From contig CAWHBU010000003.1 of assembly GCA_963827685.1 (NCBI GenBank), forward strand, positions 288,001 through 352,000: DNA of 64,000 bases. The letters are read 5' to 3'. The notes beneath the pieces are model-generated. The model saw only the letters and a program-made list of their open reading frames with translations. It was not told the origin of the DNA and made no database searches. Of the stretch, positions 51,730-61,674 are shown piece after piece. How positions within the stretch are numbered: position 1 is the stretch's first letter; each line of letters begins with the position of its first letter. The position numbers and the translations under genes are program-made. The stretch is from an uncultured delta proteobacterium (lineage in GTDB: Bacteria > Desulfobacterota > BSN033 > UBA1163).

Positions 51730-53487
51730 TTATCCGAATACTCCTCCCATTTTGGTCCCGGCAATTTTGCTGATGGCAAAAAGGCAGACCGCTCCGAGAA
51801 TGATCAAAATGAAGCCCAAAGCCGCTGCTTCGTTCACAGAGCCCCCAATGTAAAAGTTGAAAATCCCCACGGTCATCATCTCATGTCCTGGGACAACTAA
51901 AAGAAGTGTGGCTGAGGCCTCCTGGAGGGCAAGGATAAAGGAATAAAGAGACCCCACCAAAACCCCCTTCCAGATCAGCGGAAGAGTGACATCTTTAAAA
52001 GTCTTCGTTTTTGTAGCCCCCACGCTCTCAGCAGCCTCCTCAAAAGACCTGTGGACGATCAGGAGAGAAGCAAAAGTTCCCCGCACTGTATAGGGAAGCC
52101 GTCTCACCCCAAGTACAATGGGAATCACAATCCATATTCCGAGCAAGGCTGTGCTCATGAATGGCAGTGGATCTCTGAAGGCCCGAAGGTAGGCAATACC
52201 AATTCCAGTTCCTGGAAGCGCCAAGATCAGCGTGGTGAGAGAGTCCAAGAGATCTCTCCCCGGGACTTTGGTCCGAGCCATCACCCACGCCACAGGGACC
52301 CCAACCATAATGCAAATCAGCACTGATATTCCTGAATAAAGCAGGCTGTTAATGATAAATTTGGGGGTCTCAATGGCGACCCGTTCAAAATATTGCAGGG
52401 TGTATTTTACCGGAATGGGTGTGAGGGCCCAGCCCTTTCCGAAGGAGTCAAGAGCAATACCTAAATAAGGAATGAAGGCGAAGATTAAAACCACTATCAG
52501 GAAAGCAACCACCCCTGCCCTTCCCCAGGGTGATAATCTCCTTCTTTCAATCTTTGAATAAGATAGTGAGCTATAATCCTTGATGGCCACATACTGTTTA
52601 GCGATGATTAAGAAGAGGATGGCCAGTATGACCATGATGGCCGAGATGACAATTCCCATCTTGAAGAGCCTTCGGTCCACAAACTGGACAATATTGAGAT
52701 ACGCCTGGGAGGCAAGGAGATTATCAACACCCACTACCAATGGAGTGGCGAAGTCGGCAAAAGTCCAGATAAAGACCAGAAGCGCGCCCGAGACATAACC
52801 CGGAGTGGTAAGTGGAAAGGTAATGTCCCAGAACTTCCGCAAGCCACGCGACCCCACGCTCTCTGCTGCTTCATCGAGAGAGGGAGAGATCTTCCCGAGA
52901 GCATCAACGATGCTCATGGTCATAAGTGGAAAGAGGTGAAGAGTTTCAACCAGTAAAACTCCGTGGATTCCATACATAAAATTAATGGGTTTGGATAAAC
53001 CCAAATAATCCATTAAGATCACGTTCACTGTCCCAGCCCGGCCCATGATGAATACAAACCCCATGACCCCGACAAGGGGAGGCATGATCATTGGGATGAT
53101 GGTGAGGTAAGAAAAAAGATTTCTTCCGGGAAACTCATAGCGTAGAAGGAGGAACGCAATCGTGATGCCAATGATCGAAGTAGTGATCACGGTCGCTACC
53201 CCGAGGAGGAGGGAATTCACCAAGGTTTTCAGGTAAAAGGAGTCGGTGAAAAAGTCGTAGAAGTTCATCAGGGTGAAGACACCTTGATCGGTTGTGAAGG
53301 CATCGTAGAAAAGGCGGATGAGGGGATAGATCAGAAAAAGAGCAAAGAAGGCCCAGATTGCAGCGTAACCTAGTAATCCACCAATTCTCACCTGTGGCCA
53401 AACACGAGACTGACTTAGGGCAGTGATTGATTCGCTTTGTGGACTCAAAGTAAGGTTCTTCTTTCCCAAACTAACTTGGTACTTCAA
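51730..53487 (-). CDS. ABC transporter permease (AfuB/FbpB-like, two EAA domains)
   Basis: Two EAAESVG motifs; many TM segments (start uncertain). Confidence 0.88.
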   Translation of the reverse strand: MKYQVSLGKKNLTLSPQSESITALSQSRVWPQVRIGGLLGYAAIWAFFALFLIYPLIRLFYDAFTTDQGVFTLMNFYDFFTDSFYLKTLVNSLLLGVATVITTSIIGITIAFLLLRYEFPGRNLFSYLTIIPMIMPPLVGVMGFVFIMGRAGTVNVILMDYLGLSKPINFMYGIHGVLLVETLHLFPLMTMSIVDALGKISPSLDEAAESVGSRGLRKFWDITFPLTTPGYVSGALLVFIWTFADFATPLVVGVDNLLASQAYLNIVQFVDRRLFKMGIVISAIMVILAILFLIIAKQYVAIKDYSSLSYSKIERRRLSPWGRAGVVAFLIVVLIFAFIPYLGIALDSFGKGWALTPIPVKYTLQYFERVAIETPKFIINSLLYSGISVLICIMVGVPVAWVMARTKVPGRDLLDSLTTLILALPGTGIGIAYLRAFRDPLPFMSTALLGIWIVIPIVLGVRRLPYTVRGTFASLLIVHRSFEEAAESVGATKTKTFKDVTLPLIWKGVLVGSLYSFILALQEASATLLLVVPGHEMMTVGIFNFYIGGSVNEAAALGFILIILGAVCLFAISKIAGTKMGGVFG

Positions 53488-53534
53488 AACATATTTTTAC
53501 GACTGATCAAAAAATCACAGATGAGTATTCTACA

Positions 53535-54617
53535 TCAGCCTACTGGAACCCCTAAAGTGGTTTTTATTGGAAAACTGACATATACCTTCTCCCCTATGGA
53601 AAAAGGTTGGTAACCCCAAGGGTTCTGAATGTCCACTTTGAAGATGATTTCCCGATTGATTTCCACATCATAGCGGATCGTATTCCCGATATAAGAGGCA
53701 AAACTAACAGTTCCGGTAATACAATTAAATTCTTTTTGAGTATTTTCTGACTGGTTAATCGAGGTGGTCTCTGGTCGAATACTGATCATGCAATGATCTC
53801 CGAGTTTGAACCCTTGATTGACAAGGCAAATCAGAGGACCAACCTTAGTTTGCACTTTCATCCATTTCTCGGCTGCATTGATTTCCTGAATATCACCGGG
53901 GATCAGGTTGTTAATCCCGATAAAGTCGGCAACGAAGGGATTCTCGGGCCTTTCATATAGATCCCTGGGAGAACCAATCTGCAATAACTTGCCCAGATTG
54001 ATGACTGCGATACGGTCCGAAAGGGTCAGAGCCTCTTCCTGGTCATGGGTGACATAAATGGTGGTGATGGCAAGCTCCTTCTGAAGCTTGCGGATCTCGG
54101 CGCGCACCTGAACGCGAATCTTTGCATCCAGGTTACTTAAAGGTTCATCCAAAAGAAGCACACTGGGGTTCAAGACAAGCGCCCTTGCCAGAGCCACACG
54201 TTGCTGTTGCCCTCCTGATAATTGCCCGGGATACCGGTTTCCAAGTCCTATCAGATTAACCAGCTTCAGAACGTGGGAAACCTTGTTGTTAATCTCTTTT
54301 CTGGAAAACTTCTTGAGCTTGAGGCCGTAGGCGATATTGCCGCTAATCGTCATGTGGGGCCATAGGGCATAGTTCTGGAAAACCATCCCGATGTTCCGCT
54401 CATAGGGCGGGATAGAGGTTACGGCCTTTCCGTCAAAATAGATCTCCCCGTTATCAGGCTTGTGAAATCCTCCGATGAGTCGAAGAATGGTCGTCTTTCC
54501 ACAACCCGAAGGACCAAGAAGAGTGAAAATTTCCCCGTCATGTATTTCCAGTGAAATATGGCTCACCGCCTCCAGTGTCCCAAACCTTTTGATGATATCT
54601 TTTAATTGAATCTCCAT
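53535..54617 (-). CDS. ABC transporter ATP-binding protein
   Basis: GPSGCGKT, LSGGQQQR, LLLDEP. Confidence 0.92.
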   Translation of the reverse strand: MEIQLKDIIKRFGTLEAVSHISLEIHDGEIFTLLGPSGCGKTTILRLIGGFHKPDNGEIYFDGKAVTSIPPYERNIGMVFQNYALWPHMTISGNIAYGLKLKKFSRKEINNKVSHVLKLVNLIGLGNRYPGQLSGGQQQRVALARALVLNPSVLLLDEPLSNLDAKIRVQVRAEIRKLQKELAITTIYVTHDQEEALTLSDRIAVINLGKLLQIGSPRDLYERPENPFVADFIGINNLIPGDIQEINAAEKWMKVQTKVGPLICLVNQGFKLGDHCMISIRPETTSINQSENTQKEFNCITGTVSFASYIGNTIRYDVEINREIIFKVDIQNPWGYQPFSIGEKVYVSFPIKTTLGVPVG

Positions 54618-54730
54618 ATGTTTGATGAGCTTCCTATCTTCAACTTAAAGAATAGATCTTTACATGGGAAAACTCCTCGAAGGTTGCGCCCCCAAGGAGT
54701 TTCCATATGATAAAGGCGAGATTATAAGTC

Positions 54731-55858
54731 TCACTTCTCCTTGATAATCTCCTTATGTTTCTCAGCAATCTCCTTCCGGAAATAAGAATTTACTTCCTCA
54801 ATCCTCTTTTTTGGTCCGGCGATCTTGTCGTCGTAGACATTTCCGACTGGAATATCAAAGAAAGACCTCATCCCACCTGTAAATTGAACTGCCTTTTCAG
54901 CAGGGGAGCCTGGAGCGCCTGAAACTTTGTACTTGGGTGTGATGGCATAGAGACCCCTTTCCATAAATATTTTCTGCCCTTCCTCGGTTAAAAGAAACTC
55001 GATAAAGGCATGGGCTGCTTTCGGATGGGGAGCGCCTTTGAGCACAGCCATCGGTTCGGGGGTCACATAAGCATTCTTGGGGTAGACAAACATGACATCA
55101 TACCCCCCTAAAACCTCGGCAAAAGCCATGTAGCTCGGCACGGCAAACCCGACGGCGAACTCCCCTTTAGATACCACGTTGGGAACGTCACGGGAACGGG
55201 CTGTAAAAATGCCGGTGTTGGCAGCCAATTTTCTCAACCACTCCCATCCTTTCTCCCATCCATACATCGAAAGAATAACCTCATAAGTAGCATGGCTACT
55301 GCTCGAACGGTCTGGGGTACACTGAGCAATCTGCCCCTTTAGCTTTGGGTTGAGCAGGTCATCCCAGTCTTTGATTGTAACTCCCAAACGTTGCAGCAAT
55401 TTCGGCTGGTAGATTAGGCCATAAGGCTCCAAGGTAGTTCCAACCCAGAATTTCTTTGGGTCTTTTAGGGGCAGGCCTATGGGTTTCCCTATGGTTGCTG
55501 GAATCTCATCCCACATCTTTTTGGGAATCTTTACTTGATCCAAGAGGCCTTCCGCTGCTAAGTTGTCGAAAAGTGTTCCTTCGCCACCCCAGAAGACATC
55601 TGCCCGGGGTCTGCCTCTCCACTCCAAAATCTGCCCATAAGCCACTGGAGTTCCTTGAGGCATGGCACTGGTTTTCATATCGACGTTCCATTTTATCTTG
55701 ACATATTCAGCGAACGCCTTTAATGCCGGGTCATGAACATCTTTGGAAACAGGAGTAATGAGGTAAAACTCATTTTCAATCGCCTGCCCAAATGATATCC
55801 CTCCAAAGCATAAGAAACCCATCAATAAAACCGTCAATACAATGATGATCCGTTTCAT
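54731..55858 (-). CDS. ABC transporter substrate-binding protein (AfuA/FbpA-like)
   Basis: Signal peptide; ADVFWGG, WDDLLNP, GE.AVG, A..FIEFLL. Confidence 0.85.
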   Translation of the reverse strand: MKRIIIVLTVLLMGFLCFGGISFGQAIENEFYLITPVSKDVHDPALKAFAEYVKIKWNVDMKTSAMPQGTPVAYGQILEWRGRPRADVFWGGEGTLFDNLAAEGLLDQVKIPKKMWDEIPATIGKPIGLPLKDPKKFWVGTTLEPYGLIYQPKLLQRLGVTIKDWDDLLNPKLKGQIAQCTPDRSSSSHATYEVILSMYGWEKGWEWLRKLAANTGIFTARSRDVPNVVSKGEFAVGFAVPSYMAFAEVLGGYDVMFVYPKNAYVTPEPMAVLKGAPHPKAAHAFIEFLLTEEGQKIFMERGLYAITPKYKVSGAPGSPAEKAVQFTGGMRSFFDIPVGNVYDDKIAGPKKRIEEVNSYFRKEIAEKHKEIIKEK

Positions 55859-56016
55859 CCCGATTCCTCCTTTTCATCTATAAAATGTCACAAATTTTTC
55901 TGAGATAATATATAGGGTAAGAAAAGTTGTCAAGGCGAAATGGCCCCGATGCGTAATCATTCTTTCGCCACTTCATTGTCTCATTTCATCCGACCGAAGT
56001 TGCTGTCGAAACGGCC

Positions 56017-57437
56017 TCAATAATGAAACTCGGCAATCACAATGTGCCCAGAATCAAGAGGGTAAGTGAGCACTGTTATGGTTTCCTTATTCAACGTGAC
56101 CCGGATGGATCGTGGAGGACCTGGCTCAAGGCGACGTCTCGCCTCCGATGTCCCCGGCACCCCTTCGTTGACCCCATCTGGCACTTTGCCAGCTATGAGA
56201 AATGTGTCGCGGCCATGCCCGAGATAGCCCCTGGGCCGCGTGAGCATAACGACGCTGCCAGTCCCCCTTTCGCGCTCGTCGAGAGGGCGTAACCGCAGGT
56301 GGATGTAGACACTCGAACGCGGAAAAGGCGTTCGGTAGATGTGAGTGATAGGGTAGCCGCTAACTGAGATGACGAACTCGTAATAAGCCTCCGGTTTGGC
56401 CGTAAAGGATCCCCAGGCCCCGTCTGTGGAAGTCGTTCGCCGATGGACAGCTTCTCCCAGGCGTTGACCGGACGAAGGATCAACCTCATAGATCTCGACG
56501 GTGGCGCCTTGAAGTGGAAGGTTTGTGGGCGCCCCGTTAGCCCATCCACTGACGACGCCATTCAGGATAGGGCGGGCTTCGGGGATAATGTCGAGGGTCG
56601 CAGGTTCACGGCCAGTGATAAATTGGTACATGGCCTTGAAAGCGAGAGGATGGAAGGCCACCTCCGATGGTCAAGACCAGGAAGTACCACATTCTTCGCC
56701 CCTCGGAGCTCTGGTGAATCGAAGGATACGTTTGTCGGCTGACCTGGCATGCTGATGAATCGTCCCTCGGCTTGAGCATACTTGTCATTTGTATCACTTC
56801 GAATCGTCATAAATTTGACGGCCGGGTCTACCTCATCGCCTGCATTAAGGCCGGACAAAAACGGGCCCATCCCGTTAAACTCATCATTTAGATTGACGGG
56901 AGTCGCCCGGGTCCCGTGATTGGGCGTACCGCAGAGAATGGCGCAGGAAACATTCGCCGCCCCCCCGGCATTCTTGATGTAGTTGCGGATGGCATAGCCA
57001 CCGCGAGAGCTTCCAACAAGAATTAATTGTTTATGACCGGTCTTGGAAAGGATCTCGTTGATCTTTGCTCTGATCTCTCTCAACTGATCGGCGGTGCCGC
57101 TCCGGTTCTCCTGAGGCTTTGTATCGTCACTGCGCGCCCTCGGATGAATGAAATCGATCGCGAAGAGAGGAGAGGATGCATACCCGTTTGATTCGAATCG
57201 CCAGATAGTCGTGTGCCAGAGAGCGGCAGAGTCTCCGCTTCCATGGACAAAGAGGATGGGTCGTGAAGTGTCAGCAGCGACGGCGGGGCTCAGCCACAGA
57301 AGCAGCAGGACCAGTGAGGTAATGGCTACCCGGCGGGGCAAGTTCAATATTGACTTCCTTCTCGACAGAATTCCCACTCCTCTTGCAGGTTTCTTTTTCC
57401 CTTTTTTATTTCCTTCTAATCCATAGAATTTTCTCAT
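56017..57437 (-). pseudogene. secreted alpha/beta-fold hydrolase (lipase-like) with a -1 frameshift
   Basis: FVHG, GSSRGG, GTPNHG; adding one base at 56664-56665 restores LDHREVAFHP. Confidence 0.75.
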
Positions 57438-57721
57438 ATCAAGCCTCTTTGCCTCATTATGTATTAAAGTTTACCCGTTGTTGCGGAAAGATAGGGAGAG
57501 GTCTTTAGACTGCCTTCTCGATCACAAATATAAGAAAATGTTGAATTTGTAAAGAACAAATATCGTTAAATCTTTGATGAGAAACTTTCACAGAGTCACC
57601 GCGTTCAATTCCCAAGAGATCTCTCAAGCTGAGCTGATCTCAAATCCCATCGTCAATCCATTTCCGACCCTTCATTTCTTGACTTTTCTCAGCAAATCAA
57701 TTAAAAATAGATTAAATTTAG

Positions 57722-57821
57722 TCTTCGAGCCAATTTCCTAATTCCCTGTCTTCCGGGACATGGAAATCGGCCGTTAGGGCATAGCTGGAAACGACTATAC
57801 CTCCCGTGTTTGGAAAGGAGA
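57722..57821 (+). ncRNA. Moco RNA motif riboswitch, P3-less (Tuco-type) variant
   Basis: TCTTCGAGCC..CCTAA..ATGG..GGCC..AGGG..GGAAAC..CCTCCCGTGTTTGGAAAGGAGA upstream of moaA. Confidence 0.85.
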
Positions 57822-57839
57822 TGGGCAATGGAATTCAGA

Positions 57840-57875
57840 TGGCCAATATCTCAAGCACGGATATTGGCCATTTTA
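57840..57875 (+). terminator. terminator-like hairpin in the riboswitch expression platform
   Basis: TGGCCAATATC..GATATTGGCCA followed by TTTT. Confidence 0.65.
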
Positions 57876-57982
57876 ATTTAAGTTATGAGTTCAGAGTCTT
57901 CTGTTCGGAGCCAAAAGCCAAACCAAACCACAAAACGAAATACTCCAAACTCCCAACTAATGACTCCGAACTGAAAAAAATT

Positions 57983-58966
57983 ATGCTCCTCGACCCTTTC
58001 AGACGAAAAATAAACTACCTCCGAATCTCAATAACGGACCGGTGCAACTTACGATGCAGGTACTGTATGCCGGAGGAAGGAATTCCCCTCATCCCTCATG
58101 AAGAGATTCTGACGTACGAAGAGATTTTGAGAATAACCCGTGTCTTTGCCACGGAAGGAATCTCCAAGGTTAGGTTGACTGGTGGAGAACCGTTGGTCAG
58201 AAAAGGGATGGTGGATTTCGTTTCCCATTTGTCCCATATTGAAGAGATTAAAGATTTAAGCCTCACTACGAATGGAATCCTATTAAAAGAGTTTGCGCAA
58301 GATCTTAAGAAGGCCGGTTTAAAAAGGATCAATATCAGTCTGGACTCCCTGAGAAAAGAGAAATTCCGCCAAATTACTCGAAAGGACGATTTTGAGAAGG
58401 TATGGGCAGGAATAGAAGAGGCATTGAAAGTTGGGCTCTCCCCTATCAAAATTAATATGGTTGCCATCCAGGGGTTAAATGATGACGAGATCGAATCCTT
58501 TGCGCAATTAACCCTCCGGCTACCTCTCATCATTCGATATATTGAGTATATGCCCTCCGGCAACGGGGAGGAATGGAAAGAAAGCGATATCTTAACTATT
58601 CCTCAGATCAAGGGCCGTCTTGAAAATGTTGGTAAACTGATCCCAATTCCTTCAGACCAATGGGATGGCCCGGCGAAAAGATTTCGAATTGAAGGGGCTC
58701 TTGGAGAAATAGGATTGATCGGGCCAGTGAGCAGTCATTTCTGTGATGATTGCAATCGCCTTCGGCTGACCCCCGATGGTAAAATCCGGACTTGCCTCTT
58801 TTCTGATGAGGAGATCGACGTGAAGGAACTTCTGAGGAACGGGGGGTCTGATCAGGATTTAAAGGGACGGCTTCTTGCCGCCCTCAGAAAAAAGCCAGAG
58901 AGACATCCTATCAACACACACCAGTTTAAAAAATGCCAGAGGAATATGTCAGCAATCGGAGGGTGA
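57983..58966 (+). CDS. moaA: GTP 3',8-cyclase
   Basis: YLRISITDRCNLRCRYCMP, FC..CNRLRLT, C-terminal IGG. Confidence 0.95.
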   Translation: MLLDPFRRKINYLRISITDRCNLRCRYCMPEEGIPLIPHEEILTYEEILRITRVFATEGISKVRLTGGEPLVRKGMVDFVSHLSHIEEIKDLSLTTNGILLKEFAQDLKKAGLKRINISLDSLRKEKFRQITRKDDFEKVWAGIEEALKVGLSPIKINMVAIQGLNDDEIESFAQLTLRLPLIIRYIEYMPSGNGEEWKESDILTIPQIKGRLENVGKLIPIPSDQWDGPAKRFRIEGALGEIGLIGPVSSHFCDDCNRLRLTPDGKIRTCLFSDEEIDVKELLRNGGSDQDLKGRLLAALRKKPERHPINTHQFKKCQRNMSAIGG

Positions 58967-59097
58967 AAGATAATTAAGAGTTAAGAGTTATGAATTATGA
59001 GTTAAGAATTATGAAATAAATAAATTCACTACGCCCTATGCGCTCTGCCTGCTTGCCGCAGGCAGGCGCTATGCATTATTTCGTGAGGGAGGAACAA

Positions 59098-59619
59098 ATG
59101 CAAAGACTTACCCACTTTGATAAGAAGGGGCGGGCCAGGATGGTCGACGTGAGTAAAAAGAAAGAAACGTTGAGGGAGGCTGTGGTTCGAGGATCTATCC
59201 TCATGAATCCAAAGACTTTCAAAAACATACGATCTGGCAAGATTGCAAAAGGAGATGTTTTGGCGGTTGCCAAGGTGGCCGGAATCATGGCAGCAAAAAA
59301 GACTTCTCAAATCATTCCGATGTGCCACCCTCTCAATCTCTCTCATGTAGAGATTAATTTCTATCCTTTTGAAAAAGAGAGTAGAATCGATATTGAAGCA
59401 AAGGTTAAGATTAAAGGTCAGACGGGTGTAGAGATGGAAGGATTCGTGGCTGTAGCCACCGCCGGCCTCACCATTTACGACATGTGCAAGGCCATTGATC
59501 GGGGAATGGTTCTCTCCAATATCCATCTTGTTAAAAAGACAGGTGGCAAGAGTGGAACCTATACCTCTAAAAATCTCCCCTCCCCTGGCGGGAGGGTGAT
59601 GAAGGGGAGGGGGACCTAA
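59098..59619 (+). CDS. moaC: cyclic pyranopterin monophosphate synthase
   Basis: LTHFD..G.ARMVDV, IPMCHP, TGVEME, IYDMCKA, GGKSG. Confidence 0.95.
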   Translation: MQRLTHFDKKGRARMVDVSKKKETLREAVVRGSILMNPKTFKNIRSGKIAKGDVLAVAKVAGIMAAKKTSQIIPMCHPLNLSHVEINFYPFEKESRIDIEAKVKIKGQTGVEMEGFVAVATAGLTIYDMCKAIDRGMVLSNIHLVKKTGGKSGTYTSKNLPSPGGRVMKGRGT

Positions 59620-59691
59620 CTTTTTCACCCTCACCCCTACCCTCTCCCCTGCCTACCGGCAGGCAGGCGTCAAGGGAGAGGGGGAAATGGA

Positions 59692-60147
59692 ATGGGAGAA
59701 ATGAAACAAGTTCAAAAAGGGAAGGTATTGGCCGTCAATGTTAGCGTAGATAAAGGGACGAAGAAGACCAATATTCAATCGTGTACTTTATTGAAGGATT
59801 TCGGTTTAAAAGGGGATGCCCATGCAGGTCCCTGGCACCGCCAGGTCAGTCTATTGGCGAATGAATCGATTAAGAAAATGAGGGCGAAGGGTCTAAATGT
59901 TGGTTATGGTGATTTTGCAGAAAATATTACCACGGAAGGCCTCGATCTTGTTCATCTTCCAATTGGAACGGAAATACTCATTGGAAATTCTATCATTCTA
60001 CGCGTGACTCAAATTGGGAAAGAGTGTCATGATCGATGTGCCATCTACTACCAGGCAGGAGATTGTGTGATGCCCAAAGAAGGAATCTTTGCCGAGGTGG
60101 TAAACGAAGGAGAAGTAAAAGCAGGAGATGAAATAACAATTGGATAA
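59692..60147 (+). CDS. MOSC-domain protein
   Basis: GDAHAG.WHRQVSLL, GDFAENI, TQIGKECH, CVMPKEG. Confidence 0.9.
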   Translation: MGEMKQVQKGKVLAVNVSVDKGTKKTNIQSCTLLKDFGLKGDAHAGPWHRQVSLLANESIKKMRAKGLNVGYGDFAENITTEGLDLVHLPIGTEILIGNSIILRVTQIGKECHDRCAIYYQAGDCVMPKEGIFAEVVNEGEVKAGDEITIG

Positions 60148-60320
60148 ATCCGAAACGCGAAATCTAAGCTGTGGTTGGGATGGTTTGGATTGGTTGTCAT
60201 GCTGAATTCATTTCAGCATCTCATGAGATCCTGAACCAAGTTCAGCACGACATCTCTGATACGCTTTTTGGTGATTTCGGATTTCGATATTGGAATTTCG
60301 TATTTATGTGTGAGGCAAAG

Positions 60321-60812
60321 ATGTTCAAAGTAGCCATATTAACCATCAGTGATCGTGGTTCGAGAGGGGAGCGTGAAGACACGAGCGGTCCCCTCATTAA
60401 GGAAATGATAAGGGACTTACCTGCCGAGGTTGTCCATTATGAAATCATTCCGGATGAAAAAAAGAAGATCATCAAGGCTCTGAAAAAGAATGCAGACGAG
60501 TTGAAGGCTGATCTCATCCTTACAACAGGAGGAACAGGTTTAAGCCCCAGGGACGTGACGCCTGATGCAACACGGGAGGTTATTGAGAAAGAAGTCCCTG
60601 GTTTTTCTGAAGCCATGAGGGCTGAAAGTTTAAGAAAGACGCCCCACGCGATGATCTCAAGAGCCATCACCGGAATTCGAGGTTCGAGCCTGATTGTGAA
60701 TCTACCCGGAAGCCCTAAAAGCGTGAAAGAAAACCTCAGCGTGATTTTACCCGCCTTACCCCACGCCTTATCCAAATTGAAGGGTGATCCTTCAGAATGT
60801 GGCCAGGAATGA
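60321..60812 (+). CDS. mog: molybdopterin adenylyltransferase (MogA/MoaB family)
   Basis: TISDR..GEREDTSG, TTGGTG..PRDVTP, NLPGSP. Confidence 0.88.
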   Translation: MFKVAILTISDRGSRGEREDTSGPLIKEMIRDLPAEVVHYEIIPDEKKKIIKALKKNADELKADLILTTGGTGLSPRDVTPDATREVIEKEVPGFSEAMRAESLRKTPHAMISRAITGIRGSSLIVNLPGSPKSVKENLSVILPALPHALSKLKGDPSECGQE

Positions 60813-60827
60813 AGCGCTATCCTTTAT

Positions 60828-61670
60828 TCAAGCACTATTGCGCCTGATTGGATGAGGGCCGTAAGATATCAATCCAGAAGGGCGCTTGCGGTATGCTTCT
60901 AATTCTTCTTCTGTCAGTTCCTCTGGATTTACCAATCTATAATGCTTTTCAGCAGAAACTCGAATACCTTCTTTGGTTCTTTCACATTCAAACAAAGCAA
61001 TGAGATCCTCTGCCATAAATTGAGCAGCAATTGATCGGCAAATGAGACCTGGAAATTTTGTTTCACAAACAGCGAGATCTTGCTCTACTTGCACAATCCC
61101 TATCCTGTCTGTCCCGCCTTTCGCCTGGACTGGTATAACATAGTGTACCCCTCTTTTATCGATACCAATGTAGATTTCATCTATCTCAACTTGTCCTATA
61201 TCGGGCACAGTTGTCCGCAAATGGTTCTGCAAAGAATAACAAGTGAGACCAGTAAAAATATCAATTAGCCGGTTATAACGAAGCTTAGCCAAGAGTGCCT
61301 GTTCATCATTTAGCTTATATTTCCCGATCACTCCAGGCGTGGCATCAGGAATTTTCGTTTCTGCCAGAATCTTTGACGGGACAATAGCAGACTCGGTTGC
61401 AAGTACAAACTTATAGCGCGCTCTTCCTGCAGGACGGATAATCCACTGAAACCCCTTTGGAGCTTTTTCCACAATGCTGTCCGGCAGCGTGGTTCGGTAT
61501 CGAAACGAATAGAGAACGTCTCCTAAGTTTTTGGGCAAGTTTATTCGCAATTTCTTAGCTACCGTTATTATGTCCGACCTCTGAAACAGGACTTCTTTTG
61601 CACCTTTCCAAAAATATTTGGAGAAAATGGCTTCTATAATCTACGAATATCGGTTTTTTGTTTCGGCCAT
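60828..61670 (-). pseudogene. putative type II restriction endonuclease with an in-frame TAG at codon 10
   Basis: ATG at 61670, 4 bp after the MTase stop: MAETKNRYS*IIEAIF... continues in frame into ORF 60828-61550; PD-(D/E)xK-like EIDE...QAK. Confidence 0.65.
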
Positions 61671-61674
61671 CGTT

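Noticed and set aside
57806-60320. N-terminal extensions of MoaA, MoaC and Mog in the ORF track
   Set aside because: They run through the riboswitch, terminator and repeat DNA; conserved starts are at 57983, 59098 and 60321
61641-61643. Genome-wide TAG recoding or pyrrolysine
   Set aside because: TAG ends other genes normally in this window (e.g. 14891-14893, 5486-5488), and no pyl genes are visible
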